A DNA stretch of 64,000 nt from contig JBHGNT010000015.1 in assembly GCA_043228905.1 (NCBI GenBank), positions 18,290,001 to 18,354,000 of the forward strand. Reading direction: 5' to 3'. A model generated the notes under the pieces. The model saw only the letters and a list, made by a program, of their open reading frames with translations. It was not told the DNA's origin and searched no databases. Origin of the DNA: Azolla caroliniana. Taxonomy: Eukaryota; Plantae; Polypodiophyta. The translations under genes were made by a program, and so were the position numbers. Each line of letters opens with the position of its first letter. Position 1 is the stretch's first letter. Of the stretch, positions 32,791 through 43,683 are shown piece by piece.

Positions 32791-33809
32791 AAAAGAAATG
32801 ACCAGAAAATGGTCATATTAAGCAATAAATTAATCACATTTTAAGTCATATTAATCCCTAAACCCCCTCTTCATAATCACAGTTGATTCATCCTCCAATT
32901 AATTATAGAGGCACACTTGATTCATATCTTAATCATACTCTAGCTAATTACATCAAATCAGTCTTAAATTTTCAAGTAATCACATTTTGTTATTTGATTA
33001 TCTGATTTTGCAAGTATGCCATATGTTGATTTATGTTTTAAGTTTTATGTTTCAAGTATGTCATATGTTGATTTATGTTTTAAGTTTTATGTTTCACGTA
33101 TGTTATATGTTGATTTATGTTTCAAATATGTCATAGTTGAATTTGTATTCATTTGCATGTAACAACCGAGTACAATATTGACTAGATCGATGAAATATGA
33201 AAATAAGAAATATGGTAGAACTGTTTCCACTAACATATTCCACTAAGTGAAATATGGTAGAACTGTTTCCATTACATTCCTAAACCCTAAACCCTAATGT
33301 AGAATTGTTTCCATTACTTTCCTTTAGTCTAGTGAATTATTGTTTTTTTGAAACATCATTTGAACCTTATGTGTAATGGTGGTTTGATTTGAAACATATT
33401 TCATTATTATAGTAAGTTGATTTTGCATTTGTATTTTTGTTGAAAACTATATAATCTAAGAAAAAGGTGCACTAGAAAGAAATGTCGTATTGTCATTAAT
33501 ATACATGCAAGCATCAAATTCCTAAACCAAATGTCCAAACCCTAAAAAAGAAAGAAGTTGAAAAAGAAGAAAACTTAAATGGTATCAAAATTGACCAATA
33601 AGCAAAATAAACCCTACTCTCAATAAGAGAGGAAAACATATTTGAACCTTGCACCTATTAACCAAAAATAATGACTCTAACCATTAAACGATTATATTAT
33701 AACAAAATTTTTGTTAAGTACTTTATTTATTGTTCTAAAATAGCTGGGCAGTTGGGTGACCAAGGACTCAGAGTTGGACGACCTCTGATAGATTTCTTTT
33801 TCCGCGCAT

Positions 33810-33932
33810 TCTTTCTTATCCAAATTCGAACGATGCAGATCGCACACACCTTCCTCTGAGCAACCTACACTGTCTGTGGCCGCGATTCCCTCACCAGCCC
33901 TATTTATGATTTGGTATAAAATAGCCACGAGC
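33810..33932 (+). mobile_element. Right TIR of a second, diverged MULE-like element (body probably 31.7-33.9 kb)
   Basis: TATCC...GATCGCAC...CCGCGATTCCCTCACCAGCCCT...TTTGG...CCACGAGC aligns with the TIRs ending at 41787 and 43200. Confidence 0.65.
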
Positions 33933-34058
33933 TGTGTGTTATGTATGTATGTATGTAGAGTCTACTTATGATGCCAACCTTGTTTGTTTGTTTGTATGTA
34001 TGTATGTATGTATGTATGTATGTATGTATGTATGTATGTATGTATGTATGTATGTATG

Positions 34059-34121
<63 letters not shown>

Positions 34122-34170
34122 ATGTATGTATGTATGTATGTATCAATGTTTATGTATATATGTATCTTAT
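33933..34170 (+). repeat. Compound microsatellite (TATG)n/(TTTG)n/(TATC)n containing the 25-bp cap motif
   Basis: Read directly. Motif GTAGAGTCTACTTATGATGCCAACC at 33955-33979. Confidence 0.9.
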
Positions 34171-34171
34171 G

Positions 34172-34934
34172 TTTCTCAAGATCACCTTGTAGGAACACAT
34201 TCTTTACATCCATCTGATGTAAGTGCCACCCCTTCGCCGTAGTTACGACTAGTAGAACACGCAGGGTAGCCATCTTCGCGACAGGCGCGAAGGTCTCGTT
34301 GTAGTCCACGCCATGCTTCTGCGCGTAGCCTTTCGCCACTAAGCGGGCCTTGTATCGGTTGACTGAGTCGTCGGTATTGTATTTCACTTTATACACCCAC
34401 CTACATCCGATCAGCATTACACCCTTCGGTGCGTCAACTAGGTCCCAGGTTTCATTCTCTACCAATGCACGCATCTCTTCCTCCATCGCGGCACGCCAGT
34501 TCACGTCTTTCGCCGCTTTGGCGTAGCTCTCCGGCTCACGCACTTCCGCCACTCGTGTCATGTACCGCGTAATGGTGCGCCATGTACTCATTATACCCGT
34601 ATCTCTTTACAAGGTTCTTGAGGCGGGTAGATCGGCATAATTCGTGATTACCCGATTTCACGACCTCTTCCATGGAGGTTCCTTTTCAATTTGCACGTAG
34701 TCAGACTCGCTCCGATCTGACTCGACACTACCGAAGTCGTATTCCGGCATTTTCTTCTTGCCCTTCTCTTTACACGTAAACCGTCTCCTTGGTTCTTTAC
34801 GCAGGGACATCACGGCCGAGTCTCAACTACTCGCCGTCTCTTCAATAGGTTGGTCATTTCGGCTCAACCCTTCATTCAGCCCACTTAGCCGAAATGAGAT
34901 CGAACTCTCTCTCAGAGCTCCGATTTCTTCATCG
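34172..34934 (-). mobile_element. LTR-less fragment of a third copia lineage (INT-RT linker and RT N-terminus)
   Basis: EPESY...WRAAMEEEM...TWDLV...RYKARLVAKGYAQ...QMDVKNVFLQGDLE. Both ends run into microsatellite. Confidence 0.88.
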
Positions 34935-35112
34935 TGTATATATGTTGTATGTATGTATGTATGTATGTAGAGTCTACTTATGATGCCAACCTTGTATGTA
35001 TGTATGTATGTGTATGTGTATGTATATGTATGTATCTATGTATATGTATATATGTATATATGTATATATGTATATATGTATATATGTATATATGTATGTT
35101 ATGTTATGTTAT
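34935..35112 (+). repeat. (TATG)n/(TATATG)n-type microsatellite with the cap motif
   Basis: Motif at 34967-34991. The array ends TTATGTTAT immediately before the left TIR. Confidence 0.9.
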
Positions 35113-35809
35113 CGATGTGTCTAACTCCTACCAAATATTTATGAGGGCAAGTGAGGGAATCGCAGAGAGGGACGGTGCAGGTCGCTAGATGAGAGCGCGT
35201 GCGATCTGCATCGTCCAATGTGGATGAAGAAAAAGTGTGCCATCAGAAGTTCTCTTTTTGGGGAGCCCATCTCACTAAAGGAGCCTGAGTCATTGTGAAA
35301 AGGAGTCCGACTCATTGTGAAAAGGATCCCGACTCTGTGAAAAGGAGCCCGACTCATTAGTTTGTGATGAGTATAAAAACCCATATACCTGTCATTTTTG
35401 CCTATTTTCAAATAGGAAGCCAGAGGTTTAGGGTTTAGGCATCTTCAGCAAGGCGCACCACATGTTGTCCTGTTGTCCGCGAGCACCTGTTGTCCTGTTG
35501 TCCAGAGGTATGTATCACCAAACTTTGTGGAGGTTATACCTTTGAGTTTTTGTGTTTGAAATCCTATTTTCCTCGCAACTGGAATCCATATTATTATTGA
35601 CCTCCACTGCATGCTAGAGTAAAAATCTTGATAAGATAATATGGAATCATATTTAGAATCTTGATAAGATAATATGGAATCCATATTAATATGAAACAGA
35701 GTGAGAAGAAAAAAGACCTAAACCTTCAATCATGTACTACTTGGGTGGGTTGCACAAATGTGAGTTGCACAAATTGGTGGTTTTTGAAGATGGCATGTGT
35801 TTTGTACAG

Positions 35810-37560
35810 ATGGCTAGTCGGTCCAAGACCTTCATAGACTTTGATGCGGATTGGGTGAAACAATACCCTATGAAGGGAGGTATGGCCTGAATCATTTCTC
35901 AACTATATATTGTGTATGAATAGTGATGTTTGTGTGCTAACTTGAATGATGGTTTAGGGTTTTTGTAAGAAAGGGTGCTAGGTGCCCCAAATCCAACGAT
36001 ATGGATGCTGAAAACATCATTACTGAAGACTCGAACATGGATATGAACCCCATACATTATGTGGGGCCAGGTGTTGAAGATATCAAACTAAATGGTGAGC
36101 TGATGTACTTTCTTGTAATCATTATTGAACTAAGTATATAGTGGGTTTTTCTAATGCAAATGTCACACCATTGTTGTAGTGGACCCTATGTCCCTCTTCA
36201 AGTGTAGAAGAAACTCGACAGGTATCAAATGTCGCACATGTATCATTGGATATTCATGTAGAAAAGAGGTACGATGGTTTTGCAAAAAAGCTGACATGGA
36301 GGCTCACTTATATAAGGCACATGGCATCCGTGTAATACTGCCTCAGGGGCTAAAAATAGAAGAAGAAGAGCAATCGACCTCCATGTGGGGCACAACCACG
36401 TCATTCTTCAACCACTACGAAAGACAACGATCAATACAACGTTTTTTGGATCCGGAGCTAAAGTACAACAGATCACGCCAATCACACATGAGGAAGTTGA
36501 GGACAAGAGCGATTAAAATCTTCAAAGACACTCTAGACACACTTCGAACATCCAAGGAGGCCGATTTCATTGCCCAATTCGTCAGCCAAGAGATGGCCAG
36601 GTATGACGGGGGGAAGGAGCATAGGATGGCAAATTTGAAGTTCAAGATTGCGGTTGCGTCTGAAACTTATGTAAGTATGGTTTATCATTATGTGTGCATC
36701 TTATGTGAGTCTAAATCTAGTGTGTGAATGATTATGTGTGCAGCTTATGTGAGTCTAAATTTAGTGTGTGAATGATTGTGTGAATCTTATGTATGAATTT
36801 CAGTGTAAGAATCATGGGCTTCCAATGCCAGAAGATGAGGCACATGTCGAGATCAATGGTGATCAAGACCAACTGTCAAAATCAACAACCTGACAACCAA
36901 GGAGGCCTAAAATCTGGTAAATTGTCGTTCATTACATCATCTGACACAGATGAGGGTGCAGACATTGGGATTGTCTTTGTTGGTCCTGGGACAATCACGA
37001 AAACATGGGATAACACAACAAAAAATAAGTTCACTAGGTATGCCGTTATGGTGGGGGCATGAGATCAATAGTTAACTTCATGTTTTTTTTGTAGTTACTA
37101 ATCAGGCCTAATAAACAGATTTCAGGTGGCTTGTCGACTACTAGATCTAGCAGTCTTTTTGACGGAGGTAGAACTATGTTCGTTGTGCATTGTCGGGGAG
37201 ATGGCATCCACATGGATGATGACCCTCTTCCACTTATGGATGGAGTACTTGCTGCCCCCCCGCCCCCCCCCCCCCCCCCCCCACCCCCCGAAATCAACAA
37301 GCGGTTTCATATTGTGGATCCACTATGGGTACAACTAGGAGGCCAAAGTGATAAGGTAGAAGACATACTCACTCGGGTCCCTGAACATGAATATGTCTTC
37401 ATTCCAATATTGCACTCAGGGCATTGGGTGCTTTGGATGAAGACGCGACAGACTCCTACAAGTGAGGAGCCCAATTGTTTTTTTTTATCCACTAAATAAT
37501 CATCCGACTACCAGCATGAAGACATTGGGTTATTTGGTTGTACGACATATCTCTAGCGCC
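35810..37560 (+). pseudogene. Spliced transposon accessory gene: C2H2-like zinc-finger exon, poly-Pro linker and Ulp1-like (peptidase C48) fragment
   Basis: CRTC...HLYKAH in 36179-36727. RFHIVDPLW...YVFIPILHSGHWVLW in 37131-37499 matches the Ulp1 catalytic-His context. Short GT-AG gaps separate the blocks. The later Gln/Cys catalytic motif is not evident. Confidence 0.6.
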
Positions 37561-38439
37561 ACACACGACCATTGCATCATCAACAATGAGCGGTTTTGAA
37601 TCTCATTTTGGTTGTATATGACTCAATGTGGACTCTATCTGAATCTCATTTTGTAATATCAAATCAATATTTGAATCTCATTTTGGTTGTATATGACTCA
37701 ATTTGATGAACATTCTAGTTGTGACACTTATTATTTGAATCTCATTTTGGTTGTGAGTCTTATTATTTGAATCTCATTCTGGTTGTATATGATTTGACAA
37801 TTTGAATCTCATTCTGGTTAGTGTGTGACTCAATGTGAATCTTATTCAAAAGCAATGTACAATAATGCAGTACTAGTCAATAATGGAGAAGGTATCAAAA
37901 ACAATGTACAATAATGCAATACTAGTCAATAATGGAAAAGGTGGACAAAGCAATGTACAATAATGCAATACTAGTCAATAATCGAGAAGGTAGACAAAGC
38001 AATGTACAACAATGTTATAGGAGGGAGCTCGACTAATTAATGAGGAGCCCAACTCAATAATGAGGAGCCCGATTCATTAATAGTCAAGTGCCCAACTACG
38101 TGTAATGATGGCGTTTCAACGATCATACTAATGACTACACTAAATTGATTCAGCAAATTCAGTAGCATGCACTAAGAGATAGACTCATTCACTAAGGGTT
38201 GAACTCATTCCCTTCCTTAACAATCTATTAATCACTCGCACTCATTTCATTCACCTGCATTCTCGATCGTTCACTAATAGCCCTAAACATTCTCGAACTA
38301 AATCATTGAAGAAGAGCTGAAATAATCCGCTCCATTCATGTGAATTATTTGAATTCATTCACTTCATTCATTCGCATAATCTCTCACATTCACTTCATTC
38401 ACCTCAATCACTGGCATTCTCGATCATATTGTATTTGCT

Positions 38440-40700
38440 ATGGAGAGAACAATGCATCATGGTGTCTTTGCCATGTCAGAAGATGAATTGGAGGATATGT
38501 CATGGTCGTCCAATGCATTGTTTGTATCTGAGGACGAATTGGAGATTCCTTTTGAGTCATTCGATTCCGATCGTGAGGATGAGGCGGTCGATCCCATCAT
38601 GTATTGTTCCCCTAGGGATTTTGCATTTTCAAGAGGTACGTATAATTTGATGGTTAAAGTTTTATTGGGACAAGTTAAGGCAACATTGGAAGCATTATGT
38701 GATGTCGCAAGGGATGCACCTCTTTCACTTCATGCATGGAGGCACATGAAGAGTCGTCTCATACTCGGGAATGAGAGTGCAATTTACCTTAAAGCATCAC
38801 CTAATCTTCAAGTATTATACGTCGAGAAATGGAGGGATGTAGTATTAGCGTCACATGGTGACACATCCCATCACACGTTTTCAAAGACTCTTAAAGAGTT
38901 AAAGGTAGTTTATGCGACTGATGTACGTGATTATGGCATCACACCGGGGTACGTAAAAGCACTCATTACAAGTTGTGGTTGCTAAATGGTATCTAAGGTC
39001 AACTCGATAGCAAGGTTTGGTATCGGTTCTTTATGATACCAAAGGAGGTCCATAACATGGCAAATAGGTTAAAAATCGGGAGTGCCATGACTAAGGTTGA
39101 TTGGGCTTTGATGAGCAAGATGCCTATGCACTCCGAGATCTTGGGAAAGTGGCTCATGTTCAACCCTACCTGCCTGGTGAACCAGGATCTCCCGCCAAAC
39201 AACCATTTATCTTGATACTTCAAGATCAATGGATGTTGGAAATGTGTGAGCAGTTGACCCTAAAAAACTCTTGGGCAATCGACTTGACATTTAAAACAAA
39301 CCAATTCAAGCTACCAACGCCATGGGAATTGGGATCCCGTTATGGTACATGCTTTGTAGTTCTAATAAGGGCTCAAACCATGAGCAAGTTGCAAAAGAAT
39401 CTTGTTTGAGATTCCTATTCACAAGGATGCCCACGATGAGGCCAAATGCAATAGTGATTGATAAATGTTGGACATCATATAATGCCATAACTAATGTGGT
39501 TGCAATAGACCGTCAATCTTGGATTGTTGTAAATGGGCAACAGTCGCAAACACATTGTCGACTTTTGTTGTGTCAGTTTCACACCAAAAAGTCATGGGTG
39601 GACAACTTGTTGCCAAAAGTAAGTGCAACTGAGAGAAGCCATCTTTATCAACGAATGTGCCAACTGATGCAATGCATTACTGAATCCTCATTCAATGCGA
39701 TGTGTGAGGAGTTGTAGAATATGTAGACAAGCCCGGTGTTTGGCAATATATAGAAGGAAGATGGTGTGGTTTGACATGTGTGTGGAGGAAACTCTAGCCC
39801 CCAAGTTTGGTAGAATGTTCAACTATGGACACGTTGACACTACCAATATTGTGGAAAGACATTGGCAGTTTATCAAGTATACTGCCTTGAGAGGAAGAAT
39901 AAACCGATCAATTACTGACCTTCTGCATGTCTTAATCGGGGATAGTGAAATTGGCACTTGCATAGGAGGAACGGTAATAGAGTGGTACAAGCAACGACAA
40001 GAAATATGTGAGAGTGGTCGGTTTGCACCCCATGCGAATTGTAGGGATCAAAGGTCCCAACTTAAAGAAGCGGAGAGAATATTGGAAAGGTATGTCGACG
40101 ATACTTCTACAATGGAAATTGTCGACGAGGCCCGATATTGGTTTAGAATCTTGAGCATGACGACTCCCACTCTATGGTATAATGTCTCACTCCAATGCTC
40201 ATATTGTGATTGCCAAGACATTGCGAGTAAATGTAAGCATTTACTCGGTATCCGAATGATTATTGAGAGGCATATGCCACATTTATGTGGCTCGTTTCCT
40301 TTTATAGATCACGCGACCCAAATGCGAATGGACCATAATACAGAAATAGAAATGGAGGCAGAGGTAGAACGAGTCGAGGAGACAAACCCCACAACATCCG
40401 AGATTTAATCATTCAAGTCCAAAATACAAACGGTCGTGAAAGCACTTCAATGTCTCGGGCAAGGGTTAGGAACCTTCGACCGTGCAACTATTGTCAAAGG
40501 TATACAAACATTGGAAGATGTGGCTGAGAAGGTGTATCGTGTTGGTGCACCAAAATCAACCAATGAAGAAGATGGCAGATCAATAAGTCGCAACCAACAA
40601 ATCGGTGCCAAAAGAAGTGCAACAATAGACATCTCGCATGAACTTATTGGCAGCTCCCCAAACACTTCCAAATCCCACTCTGAAAAACTACAATGAGGTG
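38440..40700 (+). pseudogene. Fragmented MULE (MuDRA-like) DDE transposase with SWIM finger
   Basis: WAIDLTFKTNQFKLP (D1), AIVIDK (D2), LLCQFHTKKSW (CxxH), DTTNIVERHW (E), CSYCDCQDIASKCKHL (SWIM). Several stops and frameshifts. Confidence 0.85.
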
Positions 40701-40917
40701 CAAGTCGGGGTAGGGGGCGATTGCCAATATATGACCATGAGAAGGTTGGGTGTTTGCGTTGCGATGGCTTGACCTTGACTTCAAGGGACTCAAATGTTAC
40801 ATGTTGTAAAAATTGTGGTTGCATCTTACAATCATCCCGACATGAGCCATAATCTTAATATGTAACGTGTATATTCATATTTCATTTTAGGGTTGTCAAC
40901 ATTTGACGTTTTAATAT

Positions 40918-41368
40918 TGTTGAGAGATCAAGCTCAACTAGAGTTAGTTCGTTAGTCAACAATGTAACTTCGTAGTTACCTAGATAGAATCTAGTTAGAA
41001 GTGTTGACTATAACGCCTTAAGTAGGACCTTGTACTTAAGTGGGATATTCTAGATTCTCCACTCCCAAGTACATTTAATATAGGACTTACACCTTTGTAC
41101 CTACATTATCCTCACACATGTGCACCCTTGTACATGAGATCTATATATACCTCATTGTAGGTATTTTTGTATTTGATGATGATAAAGCTAATGCTAATTT
41201 AATATAGTCACTCATCCCCCATCTTGTGTTGTTCATAAGTCTCTCTCTCTCTCTCTCTCTTCCTTTCACACACATACACGCACATATCACATAATCTTCC
41301 GCTTATCAACTAATCACATAATTAGGTACTAATTAACCCTTGCTTAATTACTTACCTAATTCTTAACA
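40918..41368 (+). mobile_element. Solo LTR (451 bp) of an unrelated family
   Basis: TGTTGAGA...TCTTAACA with TSD AATAT (40913-40917 and 41369-41373). The empty site is preserved in the duplicate near 42775. Confidence 0.93.
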
Positions 41369-41901
41369 AATATTTTATGTAAGACTTGTTATTTGAATCT
41401 TTATGTTTTTTTGAGAAATTTTATGATCATTTTCATGGCAAATATTTGTTGTACACTTACCATTTTTTGGAGTTTTTTATGTTTGTTTTTAAGTCGGGCT
41501 CCTGATGACAAAGGTTGTCAAATAGCGGGGCTCCTTTTGACAGAGTTGGGCTCCTTACTTATGTTGTCAGACAACGGGGCTCCTTCTGATAGAGTTGGGC
41601 TCCTGTTTATAGAGGTTGTTTGACAACGGGGCTCCTTTTGACAGAGTCGGGCTCCTGGTGACAGACGCTGTCAGCTTTTTATCCATCTTGGACGGTGGAG
41701 ATCGAACGCGCCATCAGCGGTGCGACTTGGACCGTCCCTCTCCGTGATTCCCTCACTTGCCCTCTTAAAATATTTGGAGTCACGAGCTTATGTTATGTAT
41801 GTATGTATGTATGTATGTATGTATGTATGTATGTATGTATGTATGTATGTGATGTATGTATGTATGTAGAGTCTACTTATGATACCAACCAAGTAAGTTG
41901 A

Positions 41902-43480
41902 ACCCTGTGCGAATTGTAGGGATCAAAGGTCCCGACTTAAAGAAGCGGAGAGAATATTGGAAAGGTATGTCGATGATACTTCTACAATGGAAATTGTCGA
42001 CGAGGCCCGATATTAGTTTAGAATCTTGAGCATGACGACTCCCACTCTATGGTATAATGTCTCACTCCAATGCTCATATTGTGATTGCCAAGACATTGCG
42101 CGTAAATGTAAGCATTTACTCAGTATCCGAATGATTATTGAGAGGCATATGCCACATTTATGTGGCTCGTTGCCTTTTATAGATCACGTGACCCAAATGC
42201 GAATGGACCTAGAAATGGAGGCAGAGGTAGAACGAGTCGAGGAGACAAACCCCACAACATCCGAGATTGAATCATTCAAGTCCAAAATACAAACGGTCGT
42301 GAAAGCACTTCAATGTCTCGAGCAAGGGTTAGGAACCTTCAACTGTGCAACTATTGTCGAAGGTATACAAACATTGGAAGATGTGGCTAAGAAGGTGTAT
42401 CGCGTTAGTGCACCAAAATCAACCAATGAAGAAGATGGCAGATCAATAAGTCGCAACCAACAAATCGGTGCCAAAAGAAGTGCAACAATAGACATCTCGC
42501 AAGAACTTATTGGCAGCTCCCCAAACACTTCCAAATCCCACTCCGAAAAACTACAATGAGGTGCAAGTCGGGCTAGGGGATGATTGCCAATATGTGACCA
42601 TGAGAAGGTTTGGTGTTTGTGTTGCAATGGCTTGACCTTGACTTCAAGGAACTCGAATGTTACATGTTGTAAAAATTGTGGTTGCATCTTGCAATCATCC
42701 TGACATGAGCCATAATCTTAATATGTAATGTTATATTCATATTTCATTTTAGGGTTGTCAACATTTGATGTTTTAATATTTTATGTAAGACTTGTTATTT
42801 GAATCTTTAGGTTTTTTTGAGAAATTTTATGATCATTTTCATGGCAAATATTTGTTGTACACTTACCATTTTTTGGAGTTTTTGATGTTTGTTTTTAAGT
42901 CAGGCTCCTGATGACAAAGGTTGTCAAACAGCGGGGCTCCGTTTGATAGAGTCGGGCTCCTTATTGATGTTGTCAGACAGCGGGGCTCCGTTTGACAGAG
43001 TCGGGCTCCTTACTGATGTTGTCAGACAGCGGGGCTCCTTTTGACAGAGTTGGGCTCCTGGTGACAGACGCTGTCAGCTTTTTATCCATCTTGGACGGTG
43101 GAGATCGAACGCGCGCCATCAGCGGTGCGACCTGCACCGTCTCTCTCCGCGATTCCCTCACTTGCCCTCTTAAAATATTTGGCAGTAGTTAGTCACGAGG
43201 TTATGTTATGTATGTATGTTATGTTATGTTATGTTATGTTATGTATGTATGTATGTATGTATGTATGTATGTATGTATGTATGTATGTGATGTATGTATG
43301 TATGTGATGTATGTATGTATGTATGTATGTATGTATGTGATGTATGTATGTATGTATGTATGTATGTATGTATGTATGTTATGTATGTATGTATGTAAGT
43401 ATGTAAGTATGTATGTTATGTATGTATGTTATGTATGTATGTATGTAGAGTCTACTTATGATGCCAACCAAGTAAGTTGA
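41902..43480 (+). repeat. Tandem duplicate of 40027-41901 (SWIM region, right TIR, TATG array, cap motif)
   Basis: Colinear near-identity. Junction ...AAGTAAGTTGA|ACCCTGTGCGAATTG. Confidence 0.93.
43201..43444 (+). repeat. Variant (TATG)n array ending in the cap motif (43445-43480)
   Basis: Units TATG, TTATG, TGATG and TAAG, read directly. Confidence 0.92.
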
Positions 43481-43530
43481 TGATTAGGCAGGCTCTGTCA
43501 GCACCAGCAAAGTTATGTAGTGCAGGGGTT

Positions 43531-43650
43531 TTAGGGTTTAGCACAGAGACAAAGAGAACCAGATAGATTAGGGTTTAGCACAGAGGAAAAGAACAGAGAG
43601 AACTAGAGACAGAGACAGAGAGAACAGAGAGATTAGGGTTTAGCACAGAG
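43531..43650 (+). promoter_or_regulatory. Three telo-box motifs (AAACCCTAA on minus) upstream of GMP synthase
   Basis: TTAGGGTTTAGCACAGAG at 43531, 43568 and 43633. Telo-boxes are established near the TSS of plant growth and housekeeping genes; function here is inferred. Confidence 0.6.
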
Positions 43651-43683
43651 GAAAAGAACAGAGAGAAGCAGAGACAGAGAGAG

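Larger units (their letters stand above)
35113..43200 (+). mobile_element. Mutator-like DNA transposon with ~120-bp TIRs; right end present twice (ending 41787 and 43200)
   Basis: Left TIR 35113-~35235 is the reverse complement of ~43075-43200. Candidate 9-bp TSD TTATGTTAT at 35104-35112, 41788-41796 and 43201-43209, though this is ambiguous inside a microsatellite. Subterminal GGAGCCCGACTC/GAGTCGGGCTCC repeats and a MULE transposase are present. Confidence 0.85.

Noticed and set aside
33279-33297. CCCTAAA repeats as an interstitial telomere
   Set aside because: Only 2-3 units; telo-box-sized motifs are common in plant DNA.
33934-34242. MYVC/YLSI-repeat ORFs (also 43208-43480 and 60127-60919)
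   Set aside because: They are translations of stop-free microsatellites.
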